From Octopus bimaculoides (lineage: Eukaryota): a stretch of DNA of 64,000 nt. Numbering within the stretch: the first letter of the stretch is position 1; every line of letters begins with the position of its first letter. Below, in pieces: positions 1 to 12,800 of this stretch. A model generated the notes under the pieces. That model was not told the origin of the DNA. It made no database searches and worked only from the letters and a program-made list of their open reading frames with translations. The DNA lies in contig NC_068994.1 in the NCBI RefSeq assembly GCF_001194135.2, positions 31,330,184 through 31,394,183 on the forward strand, given 5' to 3'. The position numbers were made by a program, and so were the translations under genes.

Positions 1-1766
1 TATATATATATATATATATTGAGAAACAGAGTAAGAAGGTGGGCAGAGAGATTGTTTAACCAAGTGTCATGTTGGTTTGACATCATTGATATTTGACACA
101 CTAGTATCAAACTGCAACAGAAACTATAAATGAACAAAAGATAGAAAACTTCCACTTGACCTTTCAAATTGCTAGATGTAGCAGCCAGATCTCTCAAACT
201 ACATTCTACTATCAAAAAAGTCCTCAATACATTATCTAGAGACATAAAATAGGATAGTCTTGATTGGAATGTTTTTGAGCATAGGTCTACTGGATTATGG
301 CTGACTGACCTGAGTCTAAACAACAACTACTGCTACAATACTAGGTAAACAATAAAAACATCAACACAGTAATATAGCAAGATACAACAGAATTTATTTG
401 TATGTTATTTAACCTATACACTGATGTAACCAAATCTCCCTACCCTTATTAAAATGGTGCCCTAAATCTCAAAACTGAAACCCAGTGTGGTGAATCCATA
501 CCACGTTTCTAAACATTCAACCGACACAGCTGACTGAGGTTACTCAATAACAACTTTATCACTTCACTGCATGGCACAACACTGGCTAACGAGGGACTGT
601 ATATGCAGTCGCTGAAATTGGTGGAAATAACAGTCAAATCTTCCTCAAATTGCATCATATCTTTAAAAAAAAAAAGGAAGAGACATTGGATAATGTAGCG
701 CCAGATATTTTATGGAAAGGGCATGGCTAGATTTACTTTAATAGTCATGTAATGCTAACCTGAGATTAAATGACACTAATACTACATCATACTACATTAT
801 ATCATGCTGTACTATAATTACACTAAAAATATCTAAAGGGTGTCATATCATTAAAATCAGATTTCGCCATCATCCACGAAAACTATATTACAGAAGTCAC
901 CTTCAACATCTTCATTGCCACTGTCTCCATAAAAAACCATCACAACAACAACCGCAATAACAAAAGCATTCCTACAATGTTATGTGTAGTGCCAGATAAA
1001 GAGATTTATCTGCAACTACCAGAAAGATTCAATTCAATAACCTAAAATAAATGGCTAGAAGAGAATATGATGCAACCTTGATACTGAATTAAAATTCATT
1101 TGAAACAAACAAAAAGCCCTTATATCATTGCTTGACCTGCAAAAATTAACAGCTAAATTCCTCAAATCGCATCTTTGCCATCTCAAAAAAAGGCATACAT
1201 TAGATAACACTGCACTGTGCTGAGTCTTGTCATTTAGCAGACAAATTCCTTGCAAGCCAAATATGCAAAATGGTTTCAATTCCCAGTTGAAACCATTTCA
1301 TCTCACCTTCTTATATGTTGCTAATGTCTTTGGCAAAAAGCATGAACATCACAAAATCCCTTTCTTTTCTTTTATAAATTTAGGAACTTGGGCCTAGTCA
1401 AAAAGTGAAATAATTAAAAGAAACTAATAGTCCATCTAACTCTGAATCTATAAAAACTGAGTTCCTTGATATCAACCTCGACCAACTTGCATAATCGGTA
1501 ATGTTATACTCACTCGTTCCTTTCTTTACCATTACAACTCTCTCCATTATATTTCGTAGACTGGTACGCTGGTAAAATGCCTTCATCGTTTTGTATACAG
1601 ACATCAAAATAAAATATATTTAATATAAAGTAGATTTGAACTAATTGTGTTCTTGAAACTTTTCAACCTTATCCCCCCCAACACACACACATATGCATAT
1701 GTATAAATATGTGTATCTGTATGTCCACTTCAATTTATGATTTACATACGTGTGTGTGTGTGTGTG

Positions 1767-1810
<44 letters not shown>

Positions 1811-1969
1811 CACATACGCTTCTCGTTTATCCACCAATGTCAGAGGCTTTTACTTTAAAATTGACATTTCTTGTTAAAAACAACTTCCACAGGAGAGAAA
1901 ATGTATTTGTTCTTGTCATATATTGTTTGCCTATTCATGAATGCATATGAATGGGTATATATATATATA

Positions 1970-2072
1970 TATGAGGGAGTGCTGAAAAGTTACTGGCTTT
2001 GGATAAAAGAAAATACAAGAGGATCAATTAATTATGATTTTGTTTAACATATTCCCATCTCAGAGTAATACC
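1970..2072. mobile_element. End of a mariner-derived non-autonomous element, cut by the assembly gap
   Basis: After a (TA)n tract the sequence reads TATGAGGGAGTGCTGAAAAGTTACTGGCTTT, a TACGAGGG..GAAAAGT-type mariner terminus. It differs from the terminus at 3897-3925. Confidence 0.5.
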
Positions 2073-3023
2073 NNNNNNNNNNNNNNNNNNNNNNNNNNNN
2101 NNNNNNNNNNNNNNNNNNNNNNNNNNNNNNNNNNNNNNNNNNNNNNNNNNNNNNNNNNNNNNNNNNNNNNNNNNNNNNNNNNNNNNNNNNNNNNNNNNNN
2201 NNNNNNNNNNNNNNNNNNNNNNNNNNNNNNNNNNNNNNNNNNNNNNNNNNNNNNNNNNNNNNNNNNNNNNNNNNNNNNNNNNNNNNNNNNNNNNNNNNNN
2301 NNNNNNNNNNNNNNNNNNNNNNNNNNNNNNNNNNNNNNNNNNNNNNNNNNNNNNNNNNNNNNNNNNNNNNNNNNNNNNNNNNNNNNNNNNNNNNNNNNNN
2401 NNNNNNNNNNNNNNNNNNNNNNNNNNNNNNNNNNNNNNNNNNNNNNNNNNNNNNNNNNNNNNNNNNNNNNNNNNNNNNNNNNNNNNNNNNNNNNNNNNNN
2501 NNNNNNNNNNNNNNNNNNNNNNNNNNNNNNNNNNNNNNNNNNNNNNNNNNNNNNNNNNNNNNNNNNNNNNNNNNNNNNNNNNNNNNNNNNNNNNNNNNNN
2601 NNNNNNNNNNNNNNNNNNNNNNNNNNNNNNNNNNNNNNNNNNNNNNNNNNNNNNNNNNNNNNNNNNNNNNNNNNNNNNNNNNNNNNNNNNNNNNNNNNNN
2701 NNNNNNNNNNNNNNNNNNNNNNNNNNNNNNNNNNNNNNNNNNNNNNNNNNNNNNNNNNNNNNNNNNNNNNNNNNNNNNNNNNNNNNNNNNNNNNNNNNNN
2801 NNNNNNNNNNNNNNNNNNNNNNNNNNNNNNNNNNNNNNNNNNNNNNNNNNNNNNNNNNNNNNNNNNNNNNNNNNNNNNNNNNNNNNNNNNNNNNNNNNNN
2901 NNNNNNNNNNNNNNNNNNNNNNNNNNNNNNNNNNNNNNNNNNNNNNNNNNNNNNNNNNNNNNNNNNNNNNNNNNNNNNNNNNNNNNNNNNNNNNNNNNNN
3001 NNNNNNNNNNNNNNNNNNNNNNN
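2073..3023. other. Assembly gap (N run). Other gaps: 37993-38088, 45887-46209, 51442-51451, 54406-54515
   Basis: Runs of N seen directly. Confidence 1.
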
Positions 3024-3925
3024 GTTTGATGATAAGCTTCTTGAGGCATTACTTGAAGAAAATCCTGCATTATCAGTTGAAGAATTGGCAATAAAGCTTA
3101 GTTCAAATAATACAACTGTTCATCATCATCTTCAACAACTTGGAAAGGTTCCTAAACTTGGAAAATGGGTGCCTCATGAATTGTCCGAAAGCAACTGCAA
3201 ATCTCAAGTTGACATCTGCTCTTCTCTCCATTCTCGCGAACTCATTTCACCCTTTTTGGATAGACTTGTGACTGGTGACGAAAAGTGAATCTTCTATCAA
3301 AATGTTAAATGTCGTAAACAGTGGCTTGGTAAAAGAGAAAAAGCTCAACCACAACTGAGAAGGGAACTTCATGGGAAAAAAGGTTCCTCTCTCTATCCGA
3401 TGGGATTGCAAAGGAGTAATTCACTTTGAATTGTTACCACCTAATACAACAATCGATGCTCAAGTCTACTGTCAGCAATTAGAGTGTTTGAACCAAGCTT
3501 TGAAGAGAAAAAGACCCGCTTTAGTGAATTGAAAAGGAGTGATGTTTCATCAGGACAGTGCGCGACCCCACACTGCAAAGATCACATCACAAAAGATCGA
3601 AGAGCTTGGTTGGGATAAAATTCCTCATCCACCTTATTCTCCGACCTTGCTCCTTCAGACTACCATCTGTTTCGTAGTTTACAAAATCATTTGGGGGATA
3701 TAACTTTCGCAAGCCAGGAGGAAATCGAAACTGACATTTCAGAGTTCTTTGCTTTGAAACCAAAAGAGTTTTACATTGATGGGATTGAAAAGCTTGTAAA
3801 TAGATGGGAGGAAGTCATAGATAATCAGGGAAAGTACATTGATGATTAAATTTCAATTAAATATAACATTTGATCACTTGTTTCTTTATTCAAAATCCGG
3901 ACAGTACTTATGGGATGACCTGATA
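3024..3925 (+). mobile_element. Decayed mariner (DD34D) transposon: 3' two-thirds of the transposase plus right TIR
   Basis: Translates to WVPHEL...LVTGDEK*(W)...HQDSARPH...YS(P)DLAPSDYHLF...KYIDD* (stop 3847-3849), with 34 residues between the 2nd and 3rd catalytic Asp after frameshift correction. It carries 2 premature stops and 2 frameshifts. Terminus CCGGACAGTACTTATGGGATGACCTGATA followed by TA. Confidence 0.93.
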
Positions 3926-4249
3926 TATAAAATGGATTGAAAGTCATTCATTATTTAAAATCACTACAATTGTTTTCACACATTGTTACACATGTAGTGC
4001 ATTGGTGACATTAATATTGTGTAATCACTATCATCCATCAAAGGTGTAAGATGTGTTTATTCAGGTGATTATTTTAAAATACTCACCTGAAGAAAAACAT
4101 CTTAGACTTTTGATGGATGATTACTAATTAGAAAATATGTTAATTATATCATCTCACCAATGTACTGCGGGTGTAACAATGAGTTGAAACAATTTTAGTG
4201 ATTTTAAATAAAGAATGTCATTCAATCTGTTTTCTTTTATTTATCTATT

Positions 4250-4620
4250 TATTCTTTTACTTGTTTCAGTCTGTGGCCATGCTGGAGCACCGGCTTGAAG
4301 GGTTTTCATCAAACAAATCGACCCTAGGATTTATTTCTTAACCCTAGTATTTATTCTATCATTCTCTTTTGCCAAACTGCTAGTTATGGGGATGTAAACA
4401 AACCAGCAACAGTTTTCAAATAGTGATAGGACAAACACTACACAAAGACATACACACACACACGGTGGGCTTCTTTCAGTCTCTGTCTATCAAATCCACT
4501 CACAAGGTTTTGTTCAACCCAAGGCTATAGTAGAAGATACTTGTCCAAGTTTTCACACCATGGGACTGAACCTGGAACCATGTGGTTGGGAAGCAAGCTT
4601 CTTGCCACACAGCCATGCCT
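4250..4620 (-). mobile_element. tRNA-derived SINE, family A
   Basis: Reverse complement matches the intact copy at 51060-51441 (GGCTGTGTGG..AAG..GCTTGCTTCCCAACCACATGGTTCCAGGTTCAGTCCC head, CTCCAGCATGGCC tail). Confidence 0.8.
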
Positions 4621-7600
4621 GATACTGTTGTATATCCAGTAACAAGAGTATTCTCACAGTATAACATCTGATAACCAGAATGAGCTTTACATAGCATGCT
4701 ACAATGTTTTTACCCAAATCTTAACTATATATACGCACATATACATGTGATTATAGAACAAATTGTGATGGATTATCAGTCTGGGCAAAATACTTCATAA
4801 GCTTTCTGTTGGCACATCAGGCTAACAATATTACTTAGATTAGTGAAGAACTCCAGGTAATCTTGTGGTAAGGTCCAAGGTTATGGTTCATCACAATTCT
4901 GTATTGTAAATCCATGGATGGGCTCCAGACAAACTGGTTTTTACACATATATAAATACATAATATATATATATACACACATTAATACATATGTATATACA
5001 TCATCATTATAGTTTAACATCCACCTTCTATGCTGGCATGGGTTTGACAGGAGCTAGCCAGGTAGGAGCCTGAACCAGATTTCTATTTGTTTTGGCAGGG
5101 TTTTTTACAGCTGGATGCCCTTCCTAACACCAACCACCCAGCAGAGTGGACTGAGTGCTTTTACATGGCACCAGCACAGGTGAGGTCAGTTTTGGCAAGG
5201 TTTTTACTGCTGGACGCCCTTTCAATTGCCAACCACTTTTTACATGGCATCAACACTGGCAGGGTCACCAAGTAACTTTGATCCTTTGAAAGGGGAGGGG
5301 GCATTGAAGGTGATCTTGTGTCAGATGTTGAAAGGTTATAGTGAGACAAAAACAGGTGTGCCACTGTAAAGGAGATCCATGGTTACCCAGCCTGAGGGAA
5401 GAGCAGGAGATGGAGAGAGAGTGTGGGAAAGAGATGGTGGCAGAGTACCTGGCATACTCACAAGGGATGGGAATCAATATAAATGGGATGGTTGAGCAAA
5501 AGGAGAGAAAAACAGATAGTGGCAAGTGCCAGGGCATACCCTTGAGGTATGGGAGTAATAATATAAGTGACAGGACATTTCCAAAGGGGTGTGAGCAGAA
5601 AGTGAGGGAGGGGAATGCACTGAGTGGTGAAAACCTGGGTATCTGGGACTACCAGATGGCAATGATACATTGGACTGGATCGGGGTGTGAAAGATACATA
5701 TAAATACACACACACACTTGTATAGATATAAATATTCATATATATATGTGTGTGTGTGTATATATATATATATGGGTGTGTATATATATATATATGTGTG
5801 TGTGTGTATATATGTGTGAAGGCACATAGCTTAGTTGTTAGGGTCTTTAGCACATGAGTTTGATTCCTTGTAGCACATTGTGCCCTTGAGCAAGACAATT
5901 TATTTCACATTGCTCCAGTCCACTCAGCTTGCAAAAATGAATTGTACATGTAATTCAAAGGGCTAGCTTTGTCACATTCCGTCTGATACTAAATCTCCCT
6001 GAAAGTAGCCAATCATATACATTTATGTTAATGCCTATGGTTGGGTATGTTTGTACCTCCTTGCTTTGACATTGTGTAATAATTCTAAACAAGTGTCATC
6101 GTCATACAAAGTGTATCCAACATTTCTGATCTATGAATGCATGTTCAGCCATGGGGTAGTGTAGTTTTAGCTTACTTGGAATCAGTTGAGCATTGGGAAT
6201 AGGAAGGGCATCCAGCTTTAAAAAAAAATCTTTCTAATCCATCCAAGCCTGGAAAAGTGCGTGACGATAGACTCACATATATTTGCATGCAAGTGATTTG
6301 ATATATACTGTTCCACTGAATCAATTTTATATAGAGAATCTTAGGAATTAATAGAAATTAATCTGAATATTCTGCTCTTTTGACGAGTTTTGTCTTTCAC
6401 AAGACAATGTATGTATATGATGCCATGGAAAACCAATTTCAGCATAGGCTTATTATACTAAGTTATGTAAATAAATGGATCTATGTTATGAAGAACAATC
6501 ATTAGTGAATATCATAATCATCATCATTTAAGCTCCAATTTTTTCATGTTCACATGGGTTAGATGGAGTTCATTGAGGCAGATTTTGTATGGCTAGATAC
6601 CCTTTCTGTCACCAAGTAAGGTAATATTTTCCCATAACCAGGCACATTTCCATGAAAGACTGGAAAAGAATGACACTACTTCTTTCAGTTTCTACCTACC
6701 AAATCCACTTGCAAGACTATGGTCAGTCTGGGGCCTACAAGCAAATGCATCATTTACATTAAATAACAGAGGTAACAATTTAAAAGTAGTTTGCTTATTC
6801 AGTCACATATACATATAGGGGTTCATTAACACTATGCTACAACAATTTTTCTGTTGTGAATTCTAACTATAGAAGTTAATAATAGGCTCTTTCTTCTACA
6901 CCCAAGGATTTGAGCCCTGAGAGAAATGTACATGTAACTTAACTATTATTTGTATTATAACAATCCAAGATTGGATTTGGAAATGTATGAATATTTGCAG
7001 GTGGGACAGTATCCTGTTTCATAAGGTAATCACTGTCTAGACAACATATATGTTACTAGTTACAGCATGCTGAAGTTGTATTCATGAAAGATATAGTGTT
7101 TAATTCCTGTACATTTGTTCTTATCTTTGAATCAGGAGAAAAGGTATGAGTTATAACATTTGACAGTGTTTGTAGGACTAGTGGGAGAAAGAAGTAAGAA
7201 GATAACTTCAAACTGGAAGCCTGGCTCAAATGCTTGCTACAAAGTCGACTCCACCTGAGAAACTAAAGGTGCCAGGTGGTGATGAGAAACTGGGTGACAG
7301 ATGAAGTCTGCTACCCAAGTAGGATATAGTACAATTTGAACTCAAGATGCAAAGAGCCACAACAAATACCTCAAGGCATCTAGTCTGAAGTGCTTACAGT
7401 TCAGCTAATCCACAGTGCTGGACTGGTACTTATTATCAACCTTAAAAAAAGATGAAAGGCAAAGTTTGATCTCGGCAGGATTTGAACATTGAGTGCAAAG
7501 AGTCAAAACAAACATCGCAAAGCATTTTATCTGACACTTGAACGATTCGGCCAATTTGCCTAATTAACAGAAAGATATTAAGATAATGATGTTGATGAGT

Positions 7601-7647
7601 TGAAGTGGGGCATTGTTAGTGTTGTAGGTTATTAAAATATAACCAGC

Positions 7648-7876
7648 TTAACCCTTTGGTGTTTAAACCGGCCATATCCGGCCCAATATATTCTACATGT
7701 TTTATATTCAAACTGGCGTTATCTAGCCTCTCACACCTAACCTACATTGACATTCTAAAAATAAACAATCACATCATTGAAACCTCAAAGCTATAAGATA
7801 ATGCATGATTAATTCAAAACAATTTGAGTGAAAAAGTATTACATTTAACAGAGTAATCTGAACACTAAAGGGTTAA
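7648..7876. mobile_element. piggyBac-like MITE
   Basis: TTAA-CCCTTTGGTGTTTA ... TGAACACTAAAGGG-TTAA: TTAA duplication and CCCTTT terminal inverted repeats. Confidence 0.8.
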
Positions 7877-9173
7877 ACAAATGAATCCTAAACAGTAGCA
7901 TTAACCTTTTTGTCATCAACCTGTCTCTGGTACAATGATTAAAAAGGGAAAGATAAGTCAGAGATACACTATTGGTGGTGGGGGGGGGAGCGGAATGTCA
8001 TTGACGAAATGCTTTTAATCATGTCTGTTCACTAAGAGCTGACCCGAGGTAAAACCCTTTAGAAAGTACGTGACATATGCAAAAATAATCTGTAGCATGT
8101 AGGATCAATTATCAATAAAGCAGACCTCCCTCAAACAATCTGTTAATCTTGAGAAATAAATGACTGAGTAAAGGGGTTTTGAACAAGGAACGGAAAGCAA
8201 ACTACAGTTCAAGAAAACTAAAGCTAGTTAATGCCCTTCTATTTAAAAATCCGTCAAGGGAAACAACTGTAAATAAGCAAGCGCACACAAGTTATTCCCC
8301 TTATTTGTGTTATCAAAGGCAAAAAGTATTTGTGGTAATTTCGCCACGAAACTTACCCGCCACTATTTGATTAAAAAATTCTCTTCTTTTAAGCCACCAA
8401 TATTTTTTCCAAAAAATAAACATCAGACAAAACCAGCTAAATATCTACTTTGCTTTTATTTCTTGAAGTGTTAAAATTTTCGTCACACAACTGCGGTCTG
8501 ATGACAATAGTTGCATGGTCTTGTATCGGCGATCAGGTCGCGGTTTGCAAATAAAAGGGTTAGTGGCTTGCTCCCATTTCAACTTACATGATCTCAGCAG
8601 CTGCAGCTCCAACAACAAATGGTCAAAATTAAAATGTAGTTGTGATGGTTGGAATGCATTTGATCAAATGTCTGCTTAATCATAACTGACCAGGGACTCG
8701 ACAATAAAAACGAAGTTCAGGCTTAAGTATTTTTATTGATTCCTTTAAATAGATGACAAGTTTTTTGTGCAAAAGTCACATGTGGCACTTTCTTTTTTAT
8801 CTGACTAGTGTTTCTGTAATTCAAACTAAAAATGTAATATCACGTTGTAACAATATCATACATGAAGTGTTAGTTTGACTTGAATGACTCGGTATATATT
8901 TGTGTGTATCTGTGGGTGTGCGTGCACACATACATATACATGTCTATATATATAAATATATATAACACTTAGTTCGATTTGAATGGCTCAGTATATCTAT
9001 GTAGACAGACAGACAGACCGAGTGACATGTATGTGGGAACATGGTGTGACAGACGGAGATGAAGTGAAGAAGAAAAGCATCAGGGATCTGGTATATCACT
9101 GTGATAAACTGATGAAGTCATTGATGTGAAGTGGAGTTATAAACAATATGATAAGAGTTACGATGAAGTGATA

Positions 9174-9281
9174 CTGATTTGGAGTGGTGATGTAATCAAA
9201 CCAATGTGGAGTGGTAATATAGCGAGACCAACGTGAAGTGGTGATATAGTCACACTGATGTGGAGTGGTGTTGCAGTCACA
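9174..9281. repeat. 27-bp minisatellite, 4 diverged copies
   Basis: Units CTGATTTGGAGTGGTGATGTAATCAAA / CCAATGTGGAGTGGTAATATAGCGAGA / CCAACGTGAAGTGGTGATATAGTCACA / CTGATGTGGAGTGGTGTTGCAGTCACA. Confidence 0.85.
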
Positions 9282-10033
9282 CTGGAATGATCTTTTAGTA
9301 ACACTAACAGGAAGTGTTACACTCAGTCTGGTGTGAATGAAGTCACAGAGATACGAATATGGAGTGGGGTCTCAGTCAAAACAATGTATAAATCTCATAG
9401 AAGATTCCTAAACAAAATCATTTCAAATGAAGATGTCTTTCATAAAAAATAAATTTTTTAAGTATGCAATAACATGTTGCAATACTCAATAATTTATGTA
9501 TTTCATAACTTGCTGTAGTGGTATCCAATAACATTTGATGTTCACAAGCCTGGTGTGTAGTCCCCATGTAATTAATTCTAAGTGTTTGAAACCATGATGT
9601 CTTAGGTACATAGTAAAGTGTGTCAACAGAGGCGTGAAGTAAACGTGGAACAGTCCTTTCCATGGGTTTCTACAATTTCCATTTGCTAAATTTTACTCAA
9701 AAGGCTTTGGCTGACTTTTAACTATTGTGGGAGACTCTTGTTCATGGTGCCAAGCAGTGGGATTGAACCCAAAGCCACATAGTTGTGAAGCAAGTTTCTT
9801 CATTACACAACTATACCCGTTAGCCAAAATAGCTGAACAAATGCATTTCAAAGTCATTAACATGACCCTGGCTATTAGATACATAAGTTATATGCAGTTA
9901 AAAAATTAAAAAAAGGAATTACTATGTAATGTTTACCTTATTTTTGTTTATCTCTTGACTATTGAGTATTAATGTTTACATTGGATACATAGAAATATAT
10001 TTATTATATCATATATGTATATATAATTTTTTC

Positions 10034-12363
10034 TTATTTGTGTGTTTTTTTGTGTTTCTTTAATGTACTGCTTCTTGCAAAGGATTTTATACAAATATCG
10101 CAAGGGAATGGTTTCTCTCCTGTGTGCATTCGATGATGTTCCTGCATCTGGCTAGAACGTGCAAAACACTTCCCACAGTCACTGCATCGGAAAGGCTTCA
10201 CACCAGAGTGTGTCTTAGTGTGCTCCAGCATCTGGCTGCTCCGACTAAACTTCTTTCCACATGTGCTACAGCTGAACGGTTTCTCTCCAGTGTGTGTCCT
10301 GATATGGCGTTTCATGTCATAGTTTCGGGCAAAGAAATTACCACAAATATAACACTGAAATGGTTTCTCTCCAGAGTGTATTCGGTTGTGTTCTTGAAGT
10401 TTACAGCTGCGTGAGAAACCTTTGCCACATGTATCACATTTAAATGATTTCTCACTGGTATGTGTCTTCATATGTTCACGTAATTGGCACCTTCGGCCAA
10501 ATTTTTTCTCACAGACATCACAGCTAAATGGCTTTTCCCCAGAATGTATTTTCAAATGTCTTTTCAGCTGAACACTTTGGTGGAATAGCTTTCCACATAC
10601 ATCACAAGGAAATGGTGTTTCTTCACTGTGTAATTGGCTGTGCTTCTTCAATTCACTGCTTTCAATATAAGAGCTACGAATCTCACAGCTGAATAGCTTC
10701 TCAGCCATTTCCACATCCTGATATGCTGGCATTTGGTTAGTTTGAACAAAAGACTTTCCACACATATCACAGTCGAATGATTTCTCTCCAATATGGATTG
10801 TTGTTAGATGTTTCTCCAGCAAATCATTCTCTTGGAAGGACTTATCACACACCTCACATGGGAATAATTTCTGTCTACAATCTTTTAATTTATTGTCTAT
10901 AGCTAAAGGTTCCCGGTGTTCCTCCTCACAGGTAGTCAGTTTCTCATCCATGTGACTTTTAATGTGTTCTTGCAAAATATTATTCTGATTGAAGTTCTCA
11001 TTACAAACTGAACATTGAAATAGCACTTCCTCAGTATGCATTCGTAAATGTTCATTCAATTTGCTACTCTGAGTAAAAGATCGTCCACAAGTTTCACAGC
11101 TGAATGGTTTTTCACCTGTGTGTATCCGTATATGCTCACGTATCTGAGTACTTCGACTGAATCGCTTGCCACAGATATCACAACCAAACGGTTTTTCTCC
11201 GGTGTGGATCCTTGTGTGCCTTTTCCTGTCATAACTGCGAGCAAAGTGCTTTCCACAGACATTACAAGGGAATGGTTTCTCACCAGTGTGTGTTCTTGTA
11301 TGTTCTTGTAGTTTACTGCCTTTTGCAAAATATTTCCCACACATTCTACACTCCAATGGTTTCTCGCTAAGATGAGTTTTCAAATGCTCCTGCAATTGTG
11401 AGTTTTCCTGAAATGATGTCCAACAAACATTACAGTCTAATTGTTTATTTTCAGAGTGTGTTTGAGTGTGTCTAATTTTTTCATCATTTCTCAGAAATTG
11501 CTTTCCACAAACATCACACTGGAAAGGTTTCTCAGCTAAATGAATATGTTGATGTTTATTTAAAGAGCTTTTGCATGAGAAAGATTTCTCACAGATTTTA
11601 CAAGAAAATAATTTGGTACTTGAATGAGTATTCTGATGTTGTTGCAATTGGCTATTGCGGGAAAAACATTTTCCACAGGTTTCACACTTGAATGGTTTCT
11701 CACCAGTGTGTGTTAGCATGTGTTCTCGAATCTGGCTACTACGACCAAAATGTCTCCCACAAATATGACAACTAAACGGTTTTTCACCACTATGTATTTT
11801 TGTGTGTCGTTTCATATCATAATTCCTGGCAAAATGCATGCCACACACATCACACTGGAATGGTTTTTCCCCAGTGTGAATTCTGTTGTGCTCCAATAAT
11901 TTGCTGTTTTGAGCAAAAGATTTCCCACAACTTTCACAAACAAATGACTTCTTGGTGACATGAATTTTAAGATGCTCTTGTAAATTAAGAAAATACTTTC
12001 CACAAATTTCACAAAGTGGCATTTTTTCCTCATTGTTGTTGGTATTTGTTAGTCTTTCCTGGATATCCTTAATTTGTGTGAAATCACCACCAACATTGTT
12101 ATTTTCAATGGTTTGGATATTACAAATATCACTGTTGCAGTTGTTGTTTGTGGTGGTGGTGGTGGTGGTGGTAATGGTGGTGGCAGTGGGATTGTTAATA
12201 TTGTTGTCATTGAGTTCTTGAGGGTAAAAATCTTTGGGAGGTTCCGTGACAGAAATCACAGATGTATATGCAGTTAAAATATCTGCGAGATCCATGCTCA
12301 CAGTCATATTTACAATTAGCAATGACCGTACATTTGAACTGTTACACTCCAATAAACTGAATT
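10034..12363 (-). CDS. ZNF-A: C2H2 zinc-finger protein, main coding exon (about 23 finger units, 3 degenerate; Thr/Asn-rich N-terminus)
   Basis: Uninterrupted ORF of C-x2-C-x12-H-x3-H repeats with TGEKP linkers. The first 16 codons of the track ORF are an intronic polypyrimidine tract ending TTTCAAAG| at 12364. First in-exon ATG is 12307-12305. AATAAA lies about 30 nt after the stop (10005-10000). Confidence 0.96.
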
Positions 12364-12736
12364 CTTTGAAAAATACAAAATTAATAATAAACACAAGTAA
12401 AACAAATTTCAAAACTATATTTTTGAGTAGTGGTGATCATATTCATAAATAAGTGACTAGCTTCATGTTGTTCATATTATCATTAAGTTATACTTGTTTG
12501 CTGTATTCGAGCAGATGTAGGATTAGCCCTAATGACTCCAGACAGGAAGGAATTTGAATTTGTGGTGTTCATACCTTAGAGCAAGGACATAAGTAATAAA
12601 CAAAGTGAAATAGCATAATCAAGAATTCATTCATGTCCCAGAATCAGTTAACCAAGAGCTGATCTCTACCTCTGCAACCTGCATTCCACTGATCTTTTTG
12701 AGCATCAAATAATTGCAATCCATTTGCTAGATATAC

Positions 12737-12800
12737 CTGTAGCAGTGAATGTTATTCTGGAAGGGATCAGCTCAGGGTCCATATTTGCATCCTGACACAT
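12737..12800 (-). CDS. Predicted upstream coding exon of ZNF-A (MCQDANMDPELIPSRITFTAT, phase 1)
   Basis: Exon 12840-12737 is bounded by TTTTGTAG| and ACAG|GTATAT. The ATG at 12800 has an upstream in-frame stop, and the phase-1 end joins the 12363 acceptor in frame (G|AA = Glu). Confidence 0.55.

Noticed and set aside
860-1610. Possible minus-strand coding exons near the left edge
   Set aside because: Splice-like signals exist (e.g. 1393-1307), but all frames of that exon contain stops and I recognise no protein family.
2034-3091. Long ORFs of 331 and 343 aa (also 45859-46242, 45868-46239, 54360-54563, 37737-38314)
   Set aside because: They are open mainly because they cross N gaps; the real flanks are TE or non-coding sequence.
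5341-5898. ORFs of 117-146 aa rich in Y/I/H/T (similar at 1750, 36174, 37380)
   Set aside because: Products of (TA)n/(CA)n microsatellites and purine-rich repeat DNA.
12364-12412. Hydrophobic signal-peptide-like N-terminus of the 792-aa ORF (and of the 317-aa ORF at 33135-33202)
   Set aside because: These are translated intronic polypyrimidine tracts upstream of the splice acceptors.
10124-12452. Short ORFs overlapping the ZNF genes (also 22388-23148, 33370-33716, 48355-48549)
   Set aside because: Antisense or off-frame shadows of the repetitive finger codons.
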